A stretch of 64,000 nt of DNA from an uncultured Candidatus Saccharibacteria bacterium (lineage in GTDB: Bacteria; Patescibacteriota; Saccharimonadia; Saccharimonadales; CAZICT01), in contig CAZICT010000001.1 in assembly GCA_964537935.1 (NCBI GenBank), positions 6,870 through 70,869 of the forward strand, read 5' to 3'. Of this stretch, positions 8,552-17,321 are shown piece by piece. The notes under the pieces were generated by a model, which was not told the origin of the DNA, ran no database searches, and saw only the letters and a list, made by a program, of their open reading frames with translations. Numbering within the stretch: the stretch's first letter is position 1; each line of letters starts with the position of its first letter. The position numbers were made by a program, and so were the translations under genes.

Positions 8552-9814
8552 TTAAAGCCCAAAACGTGAAAATTTATACCAAAAACTAGGAGCCGTAAGC
8601 TCGGTTGCCAGCGCTACTTCAGAACTGCCCGAATCTATCATGCCTTTAACGGCGACCGTTCCTACAATGGAGCCCGCAGGAGCCAGCGATTCGAGTTTTC
8701 GTATGTTAAGAAAAGTTTCAAAGTCGGTATCACCAATTCCATAAAGCGTGATGTCCTTTGTCGCTACAACCTCTATAGCCTTGGACCAGCCGGGGTTATA
8801 TTGAGCGATTGTCTGGCCTTTTTCTATTACGGTAACCGGTCTTAATTGCGAAAAGACATTTTGAGCGAGTAATGGGGCAGAATTAACTGCCGCCTGCAGG
8901 TCGCTCGCTCCCGTTATGACGGCGGTAATACGCATGTTTTTTCCGGCTATGTTTTGCTCAGACATAAATATGAAACAGCCACCCGCTTCATCGGTTAGTC
9001 CGATCTTTATTCCAGTTACAAGCTCATCACTCGCAAGATAATTTAAATTATAGATTAGGCCTGCTACCGGTAGTTCGGCAGTCGGAGCGACGGTAATTTC
9101 CGCTATGACAGGGTGTTTATAGGCGTGCTGGGCAAGAAGTACCAAGTCATGCGGCGTACTGGTAGTTAACGGCGACAAGCCGCTTGCGTCACCACCGAAG
9201 TTTGTATTTTTCATTCCATAACTTTCGGCTAAAGATTTGGCGGCTTCATGGTAGTTTTCCATAGACCCGTATGCCCACACGGCCAGCATGTCCGCTACGT
9301 TGTTTGCCGAAGCCATCAATATAGCTTGAATGGCCTGAAGCTGGGTCAATGATACACCCGCCTGTACCGGCACCACCGATCCATCCTGAGCGACATAATT
9401 CCTATACAAAGCTTCATCAGCCTCCGTAACGGCTATTAGCGGCCCTGCTTCGTTAAGGGTCAGAGGGTGCTTTTCTAGGACTGCTAAAACAGTCATCAAC
9501 TTTGTAAGGCTAGCGGTCGGTACTATTACCTCTTGGTCGGCGGTCGAAGAAATTATCCGGCCATTATCAAAACCAATTGCCGCCAAGCCTTCTGCCGGCC
9601 AATTAATATCACCGAGTTCATTTATAAATGATGAATGATTGTCGAGTGAAGTGGCGGTTAGAGGTGTAAGCTGCTTGCTATTAGCTAAGAATGAATAACT
9701 GACCAGAACACCAATTAATACGGTGCAAAAAAACAGCAAGCGCAAGCGCCTAGGTCTTTTATATCGAGTTTCGGATCGTCTTATATGAACATATTGTTTT
9801 CGTCTACCCATCAC
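8552..9814 (-). CDS. D-alanyl-D-alanine carboxypeptidase (serine-type, PBP5/6-like)
   Basis: 420 aa with an N-terminal TM helix and the active-site SxxK motif (ASLTKLMT). Confidence 0.8.
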   Translation of the reverse strand: MMGRRKQYVHIRRSETRYKRPRRLRLLFFCTVLIGVLVSYSFLANSKQLTPLTATSLDNHSSFINELGDINWPAEGLAAIGFDNGRIISSTADQEVIVPTASLTKLMTVLAVLEKHPLTLNEAGPLIAVTEADEALYRNYVAQDGSVVPVQAGVSLTQLQAIQAILMASANNVADMLAVWAYGSMENYHEAAKSLAESYGMKNTNFGGDASGLSPLTTSTPHDLVLLAQHAYKHPVIAEITVAPTAELPVAGLIYNLNYLASDELVTGIKIGLTDEAGGCFIFMSEQNIAGKNMRITAVITGASDLQAAVNSAPLLAQNVFSQLRPVTVIEKGQTIAQYNPGWSKAIEVVATKDITLYGIGDTDFETFLNIRKLESLAPAGSIVGTVAVKGMIDSGSSEVALATELTAPSFWYKFSRFGL

Positions 9815-9859
9815 TTTAATTATACGTGGTTAATTTTAACGGTCGAATGACAAACGAAC

Positions 9860-10501
9860 GTGATGTACTATAGAGCTAATATGGGTCACTCCGAAAAAAT
9901 AGACTACAATCCAACCTTTGTGTCGCTGGAGGACCTTGCCGAAAGAGATGGTCCAATGATCCATGAATTCTTTTTCGAATTACTGGACGATGGCGACAGT
10001 GTAATAAATGAGAATCTTGAGCTAGAAAATTTAGCGTTTGGAGAATACGTCAAGCTTTTGATAGAGCTAATTAATCCTGATTTATTAGAGGATATAGAAG
10101 CTTATGCGGTAGGCCATAGAGCCATGTTTGTATCTCTTACGCTGGTTGATTATTTACAACCGGGGCCAGCCAGTCTCAGACCCAGCATCTATTTAGATGA
10201 ACTGACTGGTCTTACAAGAAGCGAGATACAGACCAAATTAAAAGATGATGCCATTGAATATTTTCAGGGATACACGCCGATTAGTTCGCAAGGACGTCCA
10301 CATCTTAAAAATTTGGTTGATACATTTATGCCCGAAATAGACCCCTCAGCTCAATATACAGATATCGCAGAGACTATTGCCGCACTGACTTTTATGCAGG
10401 TAGAAAATCATGCTCTGGGGCGAGATGAAGAGGTTCGGGTCGCGCTTGCGGACTTGTCGCTTTTTGCCGAGTGGGATGGAATTGCTCCGGATTTCTTGTA
10501 G
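9860..10501 (+). CDS. hypothetical protein (start uncertain; ATG at 9881 is an alternative)
   Basis: 213-aa ORF, no motif recognised. TACTAT lies 9 nt before the internal ATG. Confidence 0.5.
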   Translation: MMYYRANMGHSEKIDYNPTFVSLEDLAERDGPMIHEFFFELLDDGDSVINENLELENLAFGEYVKLLIELINPDLLEDIEAYAVGHRAMFVSLTLVDYLQPGPASLRPSIYLDELTGLTRSEIQTKLKDDAIEYFQGYTPISSQGRPHLKNLVDTFMPEIDPSAQYTDIAETIAALTFMQVENHALGRDEEVRVALADLSLFAEWDGIAPDFL

Positions 10502-10648
10502 ATCCAACCAAAGTTTTATACTGGCTAACTTAAGCCTAATTGCGGCATCTATTTAACTGGATTACTGAAAACAAGCCTTAATAAATGTGATATTTCAGGC
10601 TGTCAGGCAAAAATTGGTCTATTATCCTGATAATAAAAGGAGGAGATT

Positions 10649-11098
10649 ATGAATATTACAAGTACCGTGTTTCAGAATAATGAATCTCTAGACAGTAAAT
10701 ATAGCTATGATGGCGATAACGTAAACCCGCCTTTGACCTTTTCAGAGATTCCGCAGGAAGCGGCAAGTTTAGCGCTTATTATGGATGACCCTGACGCACC
10801 GAGCGGAACCTTTACCCATTGGATATTGTTTAATTTAAGTCCGTCTACCCTGCAAATTCTAGAAGGGCAAATGCCAGAAACGGGCATTTTAGGAAAAAAT
10901 GACTATGGCGAAGTAGCGTATGGTGGACCAAAGCCACCGTCCGGCACACATCGATATTTCTTCAAACTCTATGCGCTGGATGCTGAACTGAATCTAGAAC
11001 AGGGCGCAACAAGAGCGGATGTTGATGCGGTGATTAGTGAGCATATTATAGATAGCGCAGAGATAATAGGGCTTTATACCGCACTCGAGCAAACCTGA
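10649..11098 (+). CDS. YbhB/YbcL family Raf-kinase-inhibitor-like (PEBP) protein
   Basis: 149 aa with the DPDAP...F.HW and GPKPPSGTHRYFF motifs. AGGAGG Shine-Dalgarno upstream. Confidence 0.85.
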   Translation: MNITSTVFQNNESLDSKYSYDGDNVNPPLTFSEIPQEAASLALIMDDPDAPSGTFTHWILFNLSPSTLQILEGQMPETGILGKNDYGEVAYGGPKPPSGTHRYFFKLYALDAELNLEQGATRADVDAVISEHIIDSAEIIGLYTALEQT

Positions 11099-11140
11099 TA
11101 TTAATAGGTGCTTTAGTAAAGTTCAGGTTTAATTATTATT

Positions 11141-11704
11141 ATGTCGCCTAATCTTAAATCAGCCTTAGAAGCCGCGCCGTCACTGCTTGGTTTTGAACTG
11201 ATCCACACAGTAGATGGAGTGGACATTGGCGGCATTATAGTAGAAACAGAGGCTTATGACATGCATGATCCGGCCAGTCATGCCTATGGCGGGGAACGAA
11301 TCCGTAACGCCTCGTTATATAAAGAAGCCGGCACTATCTATGTCTATTTGATCTACGGCATTCATTACTGCGTAAATATTGTGACCGGCAACAAAGGGCA
11401 TGGCCAAGGTGTGCTGATACGAGCTCTTGAACCGACTATAGGGCTGGAGGCAATGAAGGCCAATCGAGGCACAAAAGCGCTTAAAAATTTAACCAACGGC
11501 CCAGGCAAGCTTACTCAGGCGCTTGGAATAGGGCCGGGGCTGAATGGGCGGCACATTGGAAACAGCAGTCTGCGCCTCGGTGATAAGCACCCAGTCGCCG
11601 ACATTACTCAAACCACCCGGATTGGGATTACCAAAGCAGCCGATTTACCGTGGCGGTTTTATGTTACCAGCAGCCCTTTTGTGTCTTCTCGAGTTTCAGT
11701 ATAA
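11141..11704 (+). CDS. mpg: DNA-3-methyladenine glycosylase (Mpg/AAG family)
   Basis: 187 aa. The IVETEAY....DPASHA and LIYGIHYC.NIV segments are typical of the family. Confidence 0.85.
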   Translation: MSPNLKSALEAAPSLLGFELIHTVDGVDIGGIIVETEAYDMHDPASHAYGGERIRNASLYKEAGTIYVYLIYGIHYCVNIVTGNKGHGQGVLIRALEPTIGLEAMKANRGTKALKNLTNGPGKLTQALGIGPGLNGRHIGNSSLRLGDKHPVADITQTTRIGITKAADLPWRFYVTSSPFVSSRVSV

Positions 11705-11729
11705 ACTGTATAAAGTAAGCTCAAGCGAC

Positions 11730-12374
11730 ATGGCTAAAATTAAAATTCCTAAAATATTAAAGAATCATAATACGCAGCTGCTGATGGCCATTGTGCTGTT
11801 TGCACTAGCGGCTTTTCTGACCAGTAAAAATCATGTTTACGGATGGGAAGAATGGTTGTTTACGACTATATATGGCTGGTCGGATGCGCTACTACTACCG
11901 TTTGTAATTATTACTCAAGCTGGTAATGTGTTCGTATTCTTTGCTTTGGCTGCCGCCCTGCTGCTTAAAAAGTATCATGCAATCGTTATCCGGCTGCTGA
12001 TGAGCGGACTGTTATCTTATCTGTTGGCTGGAGTCGCAAAAGACCTCGTTGGACGAGGACGACCCCTGGAGCTGTTAAGCGACATTGTATACAGGGATTA
12101 CATTGTGCGCGGGGCCGGTTTTCCGTCGGGACACACTGCGCTTGCTACGGCCGTAGCTTTGGTCATTGGCGCTCATCTGCCCAAAAGATACCAATGGTTG
12201 GTGCCGGCGATAATTATCGGCGTGGCATTATCGCGGATTTATCTTGGCGTACACCTGCCGCTTGATGTTGTCGGAGGTTTTGCTATTGGCTGGGGTTCAG
12301 TGGCGTTGTTTAGAAATGTACAGCTAAGGACCATAAAAAAGCGTAAGCGCAATATTGAAAAACGTCGCTCTTAG
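11730..12374 (+). CDS. PAP2 family phosphatase (membrane)
   Basis: PAP2 motifs KD..GR.RP, PSGHT and SRIYLGVH..DV are present. I moved the start to the in-frame ATG at 11730 (MAKIKIPK...), because the track ORF start at 11544 overlaps mpg by 160 nt. Confidence 0.8.
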   Translation: MAKIKIPKILKNHNTQLLMAIVLFALAAFLTSKNHVYGWEEWLFTTIYGWSDALLLPFVIITQAGNVFVFFALAAALLLKKYHAIVIRLLMSGLLSYLLAGVAKDLVGRGRPLELLSDIVYRDYIVRGAGFPSGHTALATAVALVIGAHLPKRYQWLVPAIIIGVALSRIYLGVHLPLDVVGGFAIGWGSVALFRNVQLRTIKKRKRNIEKRRS

Positions 12375-12409
12375 CGCTATTATAAAGGTGGAAGTGTGAG
12401 GCTTCCAAC

Positions 12410-12440
12410 GACCCTGGCTTGAACTGCCGGGGTCTTTTTT
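12410..12440 (+). terminator. Rho-independent terminator after the PAP2 gene
   Basis: The stem GACCCTGGC / GCCGGGGTC is 9 bp with one G-U, has a 7-nt loop, and is followed by TTTTTT. Confidence 0.75.
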
Positions 12441-12531
12441 CGAACCAAGGAATTATGTCACAAATTGCATAAAATATAGTTAGTATCTACACTGGTAATG
12501 AATATCTTCATAAACAAGAACTGGAGCGGCA

Positions 12532-13365
12532 ATGGCCGATTATACTCATGTAATATTTTTTTCGTTGATAGGCGGACTTGTCTCGTTGATCGGCGGACTT
12601 GTCCTAATCAGTAAAAAAGTGCTGGCAAACTCACTTGCACAGTATGCGACGCCGTTCGCTGCCGGAGCACTGCTAGCGGCTGTTTTTTTGGATTTGCTAC
12701 CTGAAGGAATTGAGTACAGCACTGCAAATACGGTGTTGCTTTCAAGCCTTGTAGGCATACTTTTATTTTTTTTGGCTGAAAGGTTTTTGCATTGGTTTCA
12801 CCACCATCATCCGCATGAAGATAAACAAACTGACCCTACTGCCACGTTGGTGATAGTAGGTGATATTGTTCATAATGCGCTTGATGGTATAGCGATAGCG
12901 GCTGCGTTTTTGGTGGGACTACCGGTGGGAATTATCACCACTATTGCTGTAGCGGCTCACGAAATACCTCAAGAAATAGGTGACTTTGGATTATTACTCT
13001 CAAAGGGTATGAGTCGTAAAAATGTATTAATCGTAAATGTGGTGAGTGCTCTTGCCACTACTGTGGCGGCAGTGATAACTTTTTGGCTAGGCAGCCAAAA
13101 CCAACTTCCCATCGGAGTGCTGCTTGGTGTTAGCGCAGGCTTTTTACTGTATATCGCAGCAAGTGATATCATTCCGGAAATCCATGAAAAAGCACCTAGA
13201 AAACGATTGTTTGATTGGCAGCCGTTACTGCTTATCATAGGCGTGGTGGTTGTTGGGCTGGCGATAAACCTCGCGCACTCCTATATCGACACTGATCACG
13301 AGGATCATGATCATCACCATTCAGTCGAGAAAAATAGTCACACAGACGGCCATGCGCTAGAATAA
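12532..13365 (+). CDS. ZIP family metal (zinc) transporter
   Basis: 277 aa, polytopic, with the ZIP signature HEIPQEIGDF and His-rich loops. Confidence 0.85.
   Translation: MADYTHVIFFSLIGGLVSLIGGLVLISKKVLANSLAQYATPFAAGALLAAVFLDLLPEGIEYSTANTVLLSSLVGILLFFLAERFLHWFHHHHPHEDKQTDPTATLVIVGDIVHNALDGIAIAAAFLVGLPVGIITTIAVAAHEIPQEIGDFGLLLSKGMSRKNVLIVNVVSALATTVAAVITFWLGSQNQLPIGVLLGVSAGFLLYIAASDIIPEIHEKAPRKRLFDWQPLLLIIGVVVVGLAINLAHSYIDTDHEDHDHHHSVEKNSHTDGHALE
12565..12606 (+). repeat. in-frame 21-bp tandem duplication (2 copies, 19/21 identical) inside the ZIP gene
   Basis: ttgataggcggacttgtctcg is followed by ttgatcggcggacttgtccta, encoding LIGGLVS LIGGLVL. Confidence 0.85.
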
Positions 13366-13369
13366 GTTT

Positions 13370-14434
13370 ATGCTTACGACAATTCTTTTGGTGGTGGTGT
13401 TGGCAGCAAATGCCGTGTTGGTATTTTTACTCCTAAGAAAAGATAAGACACCGCCAGAAACTAACAGCACGCTGCTTATAAAACAGGATATTACAGCACT
13501 TACCGATAGTGTGACCCAACTTAAAGACGGTCTACAAAACCAGCTAAACGAACGACTTGATAAAAGCAATCAGCAAATGCTTAAACAGTTTGCCCAGAGC
13601 GCCGATATCATCAAAGATGTGACACAAAAGCTAACAGCGCTGGAGCGAACTAATCGGCAAGTTGGCGATATAGCCGGTGAATTAAAAGTTCTTCAAAATG
13701 TCCTGGCTAACCCCAAGCAGCGCGGTGTGCTCGGTGAATATTATCTTAGTCAGGTGCTTGAAAATGTTTTGCCACCGGACGCCTTTGAGCTGCAGTATAA
13801 GTTCAAGGACAGTCAAATAGTTGACGCAGTAATAAAACTGGATGGAAAAATACTACCAGTAGACAGTAAGTTCAGTCTGGAGAATTATAACCGGCTAATA
13901 GAAGAAACAGATAAAGTTAACAAAGCAGCACTGGAGCGGTCGTTCAAGGCTGACTTAAAGCTTAGAATTGATGAAACAGCCAAATATATCCGTCCCAATG
14001 AGGGAACTATGGATTATGCCTTTATGTTTATTCCAAGCGAAGCTATTTATTATGATCTACTTATAAATAAGGTTGGTGCCAGCGGCACCAGCGCCCGCGA
14101 TTTGCTGGAATATGCTTTCAAGGAAAAGAGTGTGATTATAGTCAGTCCGACGACGTTCATGGCTTATCTGCAAACCGTAATGCAGGGCTTGAGGGCTCTT
14201 AAAATTGAAGAACAAGCCAAGGATATCCAGAAAAATGTCGGCAAACTCGGCCGGCATCTCGGCAGCTATAAGACCTTTATGGAAAAGCTTGGTAACTCAC
14301 TGGGAACGACCGTCAACCACTTCAACAGCGCTAGCAAAGAGTTCAAAAAAGTGGATACAGACATTTATAAAATTGCCGGTGAAAGCATCGAAGCCGAATC
14401 TTTATTGCTCGACAAGCCGCTACAAGATGATTAG
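13370..14434 (+). CDS. rmuC: DNA recombination protein RmuC
   Basis: 354 aa with an N-terminal TM helix, a coiled coil, and the conserved RGV(L/W)GE and VDSKF segments. Confidence 0.85.
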   Translation: MLTTILLVVVLAANAVLVFLLLRKDKTPPETNSTLLIKQDITALTDSVTQLKDGLQNQLNERLDKSNQQMLKQFAQSADIIKDVTQKLTALERTNRQVGDIAGELKVLQNVLANPKQRGVLGEYYLSQVLENVLPPDAFELQYKFKDSQIVDAVIKLDGKILPVDSKFSLENYNRLIEETDKVNKAALERSFKADLKLRIDETAKYIRPNEGTMDYAFMFIPSEAIYYDLLINKVGASGTSARDLLEYAFKEKSVIIVSPTTFMAYLQTVMQGLRALKIEEQAKDIQKNVGKLGRHLGSYKTFMEKLGNSLGTTVNHFNSASKEFKKVDTDIYKIAGESIEAESLLLDKPLQDD

Positions 14435-15762
14435 TTGGATTCTTTAAGTAGATCGATAGTTAGGGCGGCGGTCCAGGAGAAGTTGGCCGCTCCGGCAGGA
14501 GAGCCGTCCAGGGGATTGAAATACTCATAACAACCGGAGCGCGCAACCATTTCTAAGGTTGTTTCGGTTAAGGCGGCGGCGTGATCGTGGTAACCGTAGC
14601 GCTTCAAACCATCAATTATAAGCCAATTGGTATTCACCCATGAAGGACCTTGCCAATAGCCGGTTGGTTTAAACCATTCACTGCTGACAGTTGTGCTGGG
14701 AACCGGATAATTGGTGCCAAAAAGGTGATCATTTTCCAGCAGCCTTACCAGTCTGGCGGCGCGTTCCTTTGTGATAGACCCGGAATATAACGGCAATAAC
14801 GTTCCGATGCTTGGTATTTTAATCAATCGATGCGATACGAACTCCCGGGAATAGTATTGTGACGAATAAGGGTCCCACAGTTGCTCAAAAGCCTCTTCGG
14901 TTCTTTTCATTCTGGTTAAGAGTTCAGCCGGCAGTTCTTTGCGAATGGTTTTAGCAATTTCTTTAAGCAACTGGTTGGCTCTAATAAATATCGCGTTATA
15001 ACTAACGTCTTCTATGGCAAATAATGAATGAGCAAGTATTTTTTTGATGTCGTAATTTTTCCGGCGCAGACGCCTTTGAGTGCTGAATAAAGAAAGGGCG
15101 TCAATAATGTTGAGCCGTTGTTCGGCCGGTATATATTTTGTATCACGTCGAAAGAGGTTGAATAGCCACCCGAGCTTTAGTTTTTCAACTGCATGAATCC
15201 ATACGGCAAGCTGGTGGTCGTGGAGCTCGCCCATCCAGGGCGGTGTATTATCAAGCCCGGTCTCCCACGGGTGAATTTGCAATACCAAGCCTTCTTTGTG
15301 AGGATCCCGATCATCATAAAGCCATTCATGGTAAGCAACCAGACGCGGATAGACTAATTTGTACCAGGCGCGGCGTTCGGTGGCTTTCATTTTTTCACCG
15401 ATACGCACTACTGCTTCGGCAATAATCGGTGGCTGGGTAATGCCGCTGGTCTGTACATGGTCGGGAGCGTTCGGGTTAAGCCAACTACGCCAAATATTGC
15501 TATCACGGACAAAACGCTGTTGTGCCAACACCATATTGGGCACCATACCGTTATGCCACTGAGCATCCAGTAAGCTTAATATTTCTGTCTTGGCGCGTTC
15601 AACATCATAATGACGGATGCCAATTGCTATGAAGCAGCTATCCCAAAGCCACTGGTGCGGGTACAGGCCGCTATTGGACGGTACGGTGTGATTGCCTTTA
15701 TCGTTGTTATCAAGAACAGTCTTGCAGGCCTCGAATAGTGAGTCATGACCGTCATTCTGCAT
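14431..15762 (-). CDS. (alpha/alpha)6-barrel glycoside hydrolase, GH63/MGH1-like (glucosyl- or mannosylglycerate hydrolase / debranching-enzyme-like)
   Basis: It carries the YPHQWLWDSCF motif and a W/Y-rich catalytic domain. I prefer the ATG at 15762 (MQNDGHDS...) because TATACT lies 6 nt upstream. The track ORF extends to 15831. Confidence 0.7.
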   Translation of the reverse strand: MQNDGHDSLFEACKTVLDNNDKGNHTVPSNSGLYPHQWLWDSCFIAIGIRHYDVERAKTEILSLLDAQWHNGMVPNMVLAQQRFVRDSNIWRSWLNPNAPDHVQTSGITQPPIIAEAVVRIGEKMKATERRAWYKLVYPRLVAYHEWLYDDRDPHKEGLVLQIHPWETGLDNTPPWMGELHDHQLAVWIHAVEKLKLGWLFNLFRRDTKYIPAEQRLNIIDALSLFSTQRRLRRKNYDIKKILAHSLFAIEDVSYNAIFIRANQLLKEIAKTIRKELPAELLTRMKRTEEAFEQLWDPYSSQYYSREFVSHRLIKIPSIGTLLPLYSGSITKERAARLVRLLENDHLFGTNYPVPSTTVSSEWFKPTGYWQGPSWVNTNWLIIDGLKRYGYHDHAAALTETTLEMVARSGCYEYFNPLDGSPAGAANFSWTAALTIDLLKESN

Positions 15763-15829
15763 AAACACAGTATAGCTTAAGAATGTAAAACGCACATGCT
15801 TGCCGAAGGATGTACGGAAAGCGGAGTTC

Positions 15830-16132
15830 ATGAAATTCGTAACTGCTTATGGGTCGGTGATAAGAAAGGGCGGTGTGCCGGCTAATCCTGTTCGTCGCTT
15901 CAATAAGTTGGTTGATACAGGCATCTCAATTGGCTGTGATGCGGAAGACCGGTTGGCAGATTTGCTTGAAATCGAAAAATTTAAAGTCACCGCGATGAAG
16001 CCTGCAACAATTGATGAAGGAGTTTCGCTCCCTGAGCTTCGCGATGACTTAAGGATTATCCAAAAGTATGGTGGAGAGGTATTGGTCGCCGCAAAAGGTT
16101 CTATGCTCACACTTGTTAGAGACCACGACTAG
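15830..16132 (+). CDS. hypothetical protein (weakly supported)
   Basis: The track ORF 15800-16132 starts at TTG, so I use the first ATG at 15830. A mirror ORF of similar size exists on the minus strand. No motif recognised. Confidence 0.3.
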   Translation: MKFVTAYGSVIRKGGVPANPVRRFNKLVDTGISIGCDAEDRLADLLEIEKFKVTAMKPATIDEGVSLPELRDDLRIIQKYGGEVLVAAKGSMLTLVRDHD

Positions 16133-16210
16133 AGAAAATACCACGTTACTGTTGCCTCGATGACGCCAAGTTTGCTCGAAGGGGTATGTTTATTTTTGAA
16201 GCAACGCAAA

Positions 16211-16219
16211 TGCTATACT
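16211..16219 (+). promoter_or_regulatory. extended -10 element TGcTATACT, 9 nt before the pheS ATG (possible leaderless mRNA)
   Basis: The sequence tgctatact-atttttaag-ATG(16229) has no Shine-Dalgarno. Confidence 0.45.
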
Positions 16220-16228
16220 ATTTTTAAG

Positions 16229-17260
16229 ATGAATTATACTGACCCGCGCATTGTTGAAGTCGCAGAAAAATTAAAATCCCGACTTATGAATTTGGAGAAT
16301 AAGCACGACGTGTTAAAGGCGGTCGAACTGAAGGCTTTATATGCCGAACTGCCTATGCTGCCGCCTGAACAGCGAGCTCAATTCGGTAAAGAGATTAATT
16401 CGCTTAAATCCGAACTGACTAATCTAGCCGACTCTTATGTGGGCGAGGATGAAAAACTGCCGCCGATTGACGTGACGGCTCCGATGGACGCTAATGTGGA
16501 AGACGATAAACAACCAGGCTTGCTTAACAGTCGGTTTGGCAGCAAGCATCCGTTGATGACTGAGATTGAGACAATTTTAGACATTTTTTATCGGATGGGA
16601 TTCACGGCTATAGAATCGCGGGAAATAGATGATGATTATCACATGTTTGAAAGCTTAAACTTTCCTGAAGGCCACCCGGCTCGTGATGATTATGACACTT
16701 TTATGACCACTGAAAACCTAATCGCGCCGGCTCACACCAGCACAATGCAGAACAGGGTATTGCAAGCCAATAAACACCTGCTGGAAAAGGGTGAAGACAT
16801 TCGTGTAGTTATTCCGGGCCGTGTATTCCGCAACGAAGATTTAGACGCGACACACGAGCATACTTTTTACCAGCTGGAGGGCGTATGTGTCGGCGAAAAC
16901 ATCAATGCCGGCAATCTTATTGCTACCTTAAAGACGTTTCTTGAAGAATATTATCAACAAGAATTAAAGATAAAAACCCAGCCGTTTTATTTTCCTTTTA
17001 CCGAACCAAGCTTCGAGGTTGCAATCAGCCGGCCTGAGGCCCTCAAGAAAGGCAATACCGAAGCCGATGAGTGGCTGGAGCTGCTCGGTTGCGGCATGAT
17101 ACATCCTAATGTCCTTAAGATGGCAGGTATAGATCCGCTAAAATATGCCGGATTTGCCTGGGGCGTAGGCGTTGATCGCCTGGTCTTGATGAAGTATGGC
17201 ATCGAAGATATCAGGCATTTTGAATCGGCTAAGGTAGAGTTCCTGAGGCAGTTCGCATGA
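16229..17260 (+). CDS. pheS: phenylalanine--tRNA ligase alpha subunit
   Basis: Class II aaRS motifs are present (FRNEDLDATHEHTFYQLEG, GFAWGVGVDRL). I set the start at the ATG at 16229 (MNYTDPRI...). The track ORF begins 69 nt earlier. Confidence 0.93.
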   Translation: MNYTDPRIVEVAEKLKSRLMNLENKHDVLKAVELKALYAELPMLPPEQRAQFGKEINSLKSELTNLADSYVGEDEKLPPIDVTAPMDANVEDDKQPGLLNSRFGSKHPLMTEIETILDIFYRMGFTAIESREIDDDYHMFESLNFPEGHPARDDYDTFMTTENLIAPAHTSTMQNRVLQANKHLLEKGEDIRVVIPGRVFRNEDLDATHEHTFYQLEGVCVGENINAGNLIATLKTFLEEYYQQELKIKTQPFYFPFTEPSFEVAISRPEALKKGNTEADEWLELLGCGMIHPNVLKMAGIDPLKYAGFAWGVGVDRLVLMKYGIEDIRHFESAKVEFLRQFA

Positions 17261-17321
17261 GTATAAATAACCATACACAAGTTCACCGAGGTCTAGAAAG
17301 TAACAACCGGAATAATGAGCG

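Noticed and set aside
11544-11729. N-terminal 62-codon extension of the PAP2 ORF
   Set aside because: It overlaps the 3' end of mpg by 160 nt in another frame. The extension is not hydrophobic or PAP2-like. The in-frame ATG at 11730 lies just after the mpg stop.
15847-16110. 87-aa minus-strand ORF mirrored on the 15800-16132 + ORF
   Set aside because: Only one of the two can be real. The + ORF has an ATG and a more protein-like composition. Even that call is kept at low confidence.
15832-16228. T-box leader upstream of pheS
   Set aside because: There is no AANNNGGGUGGNACCNCG T-box sequence and no terminator/antiterminator pair. A -10 element sits only 9 nt before the pheS ATG. The region is at least as well explained by a 100-aa ORF.
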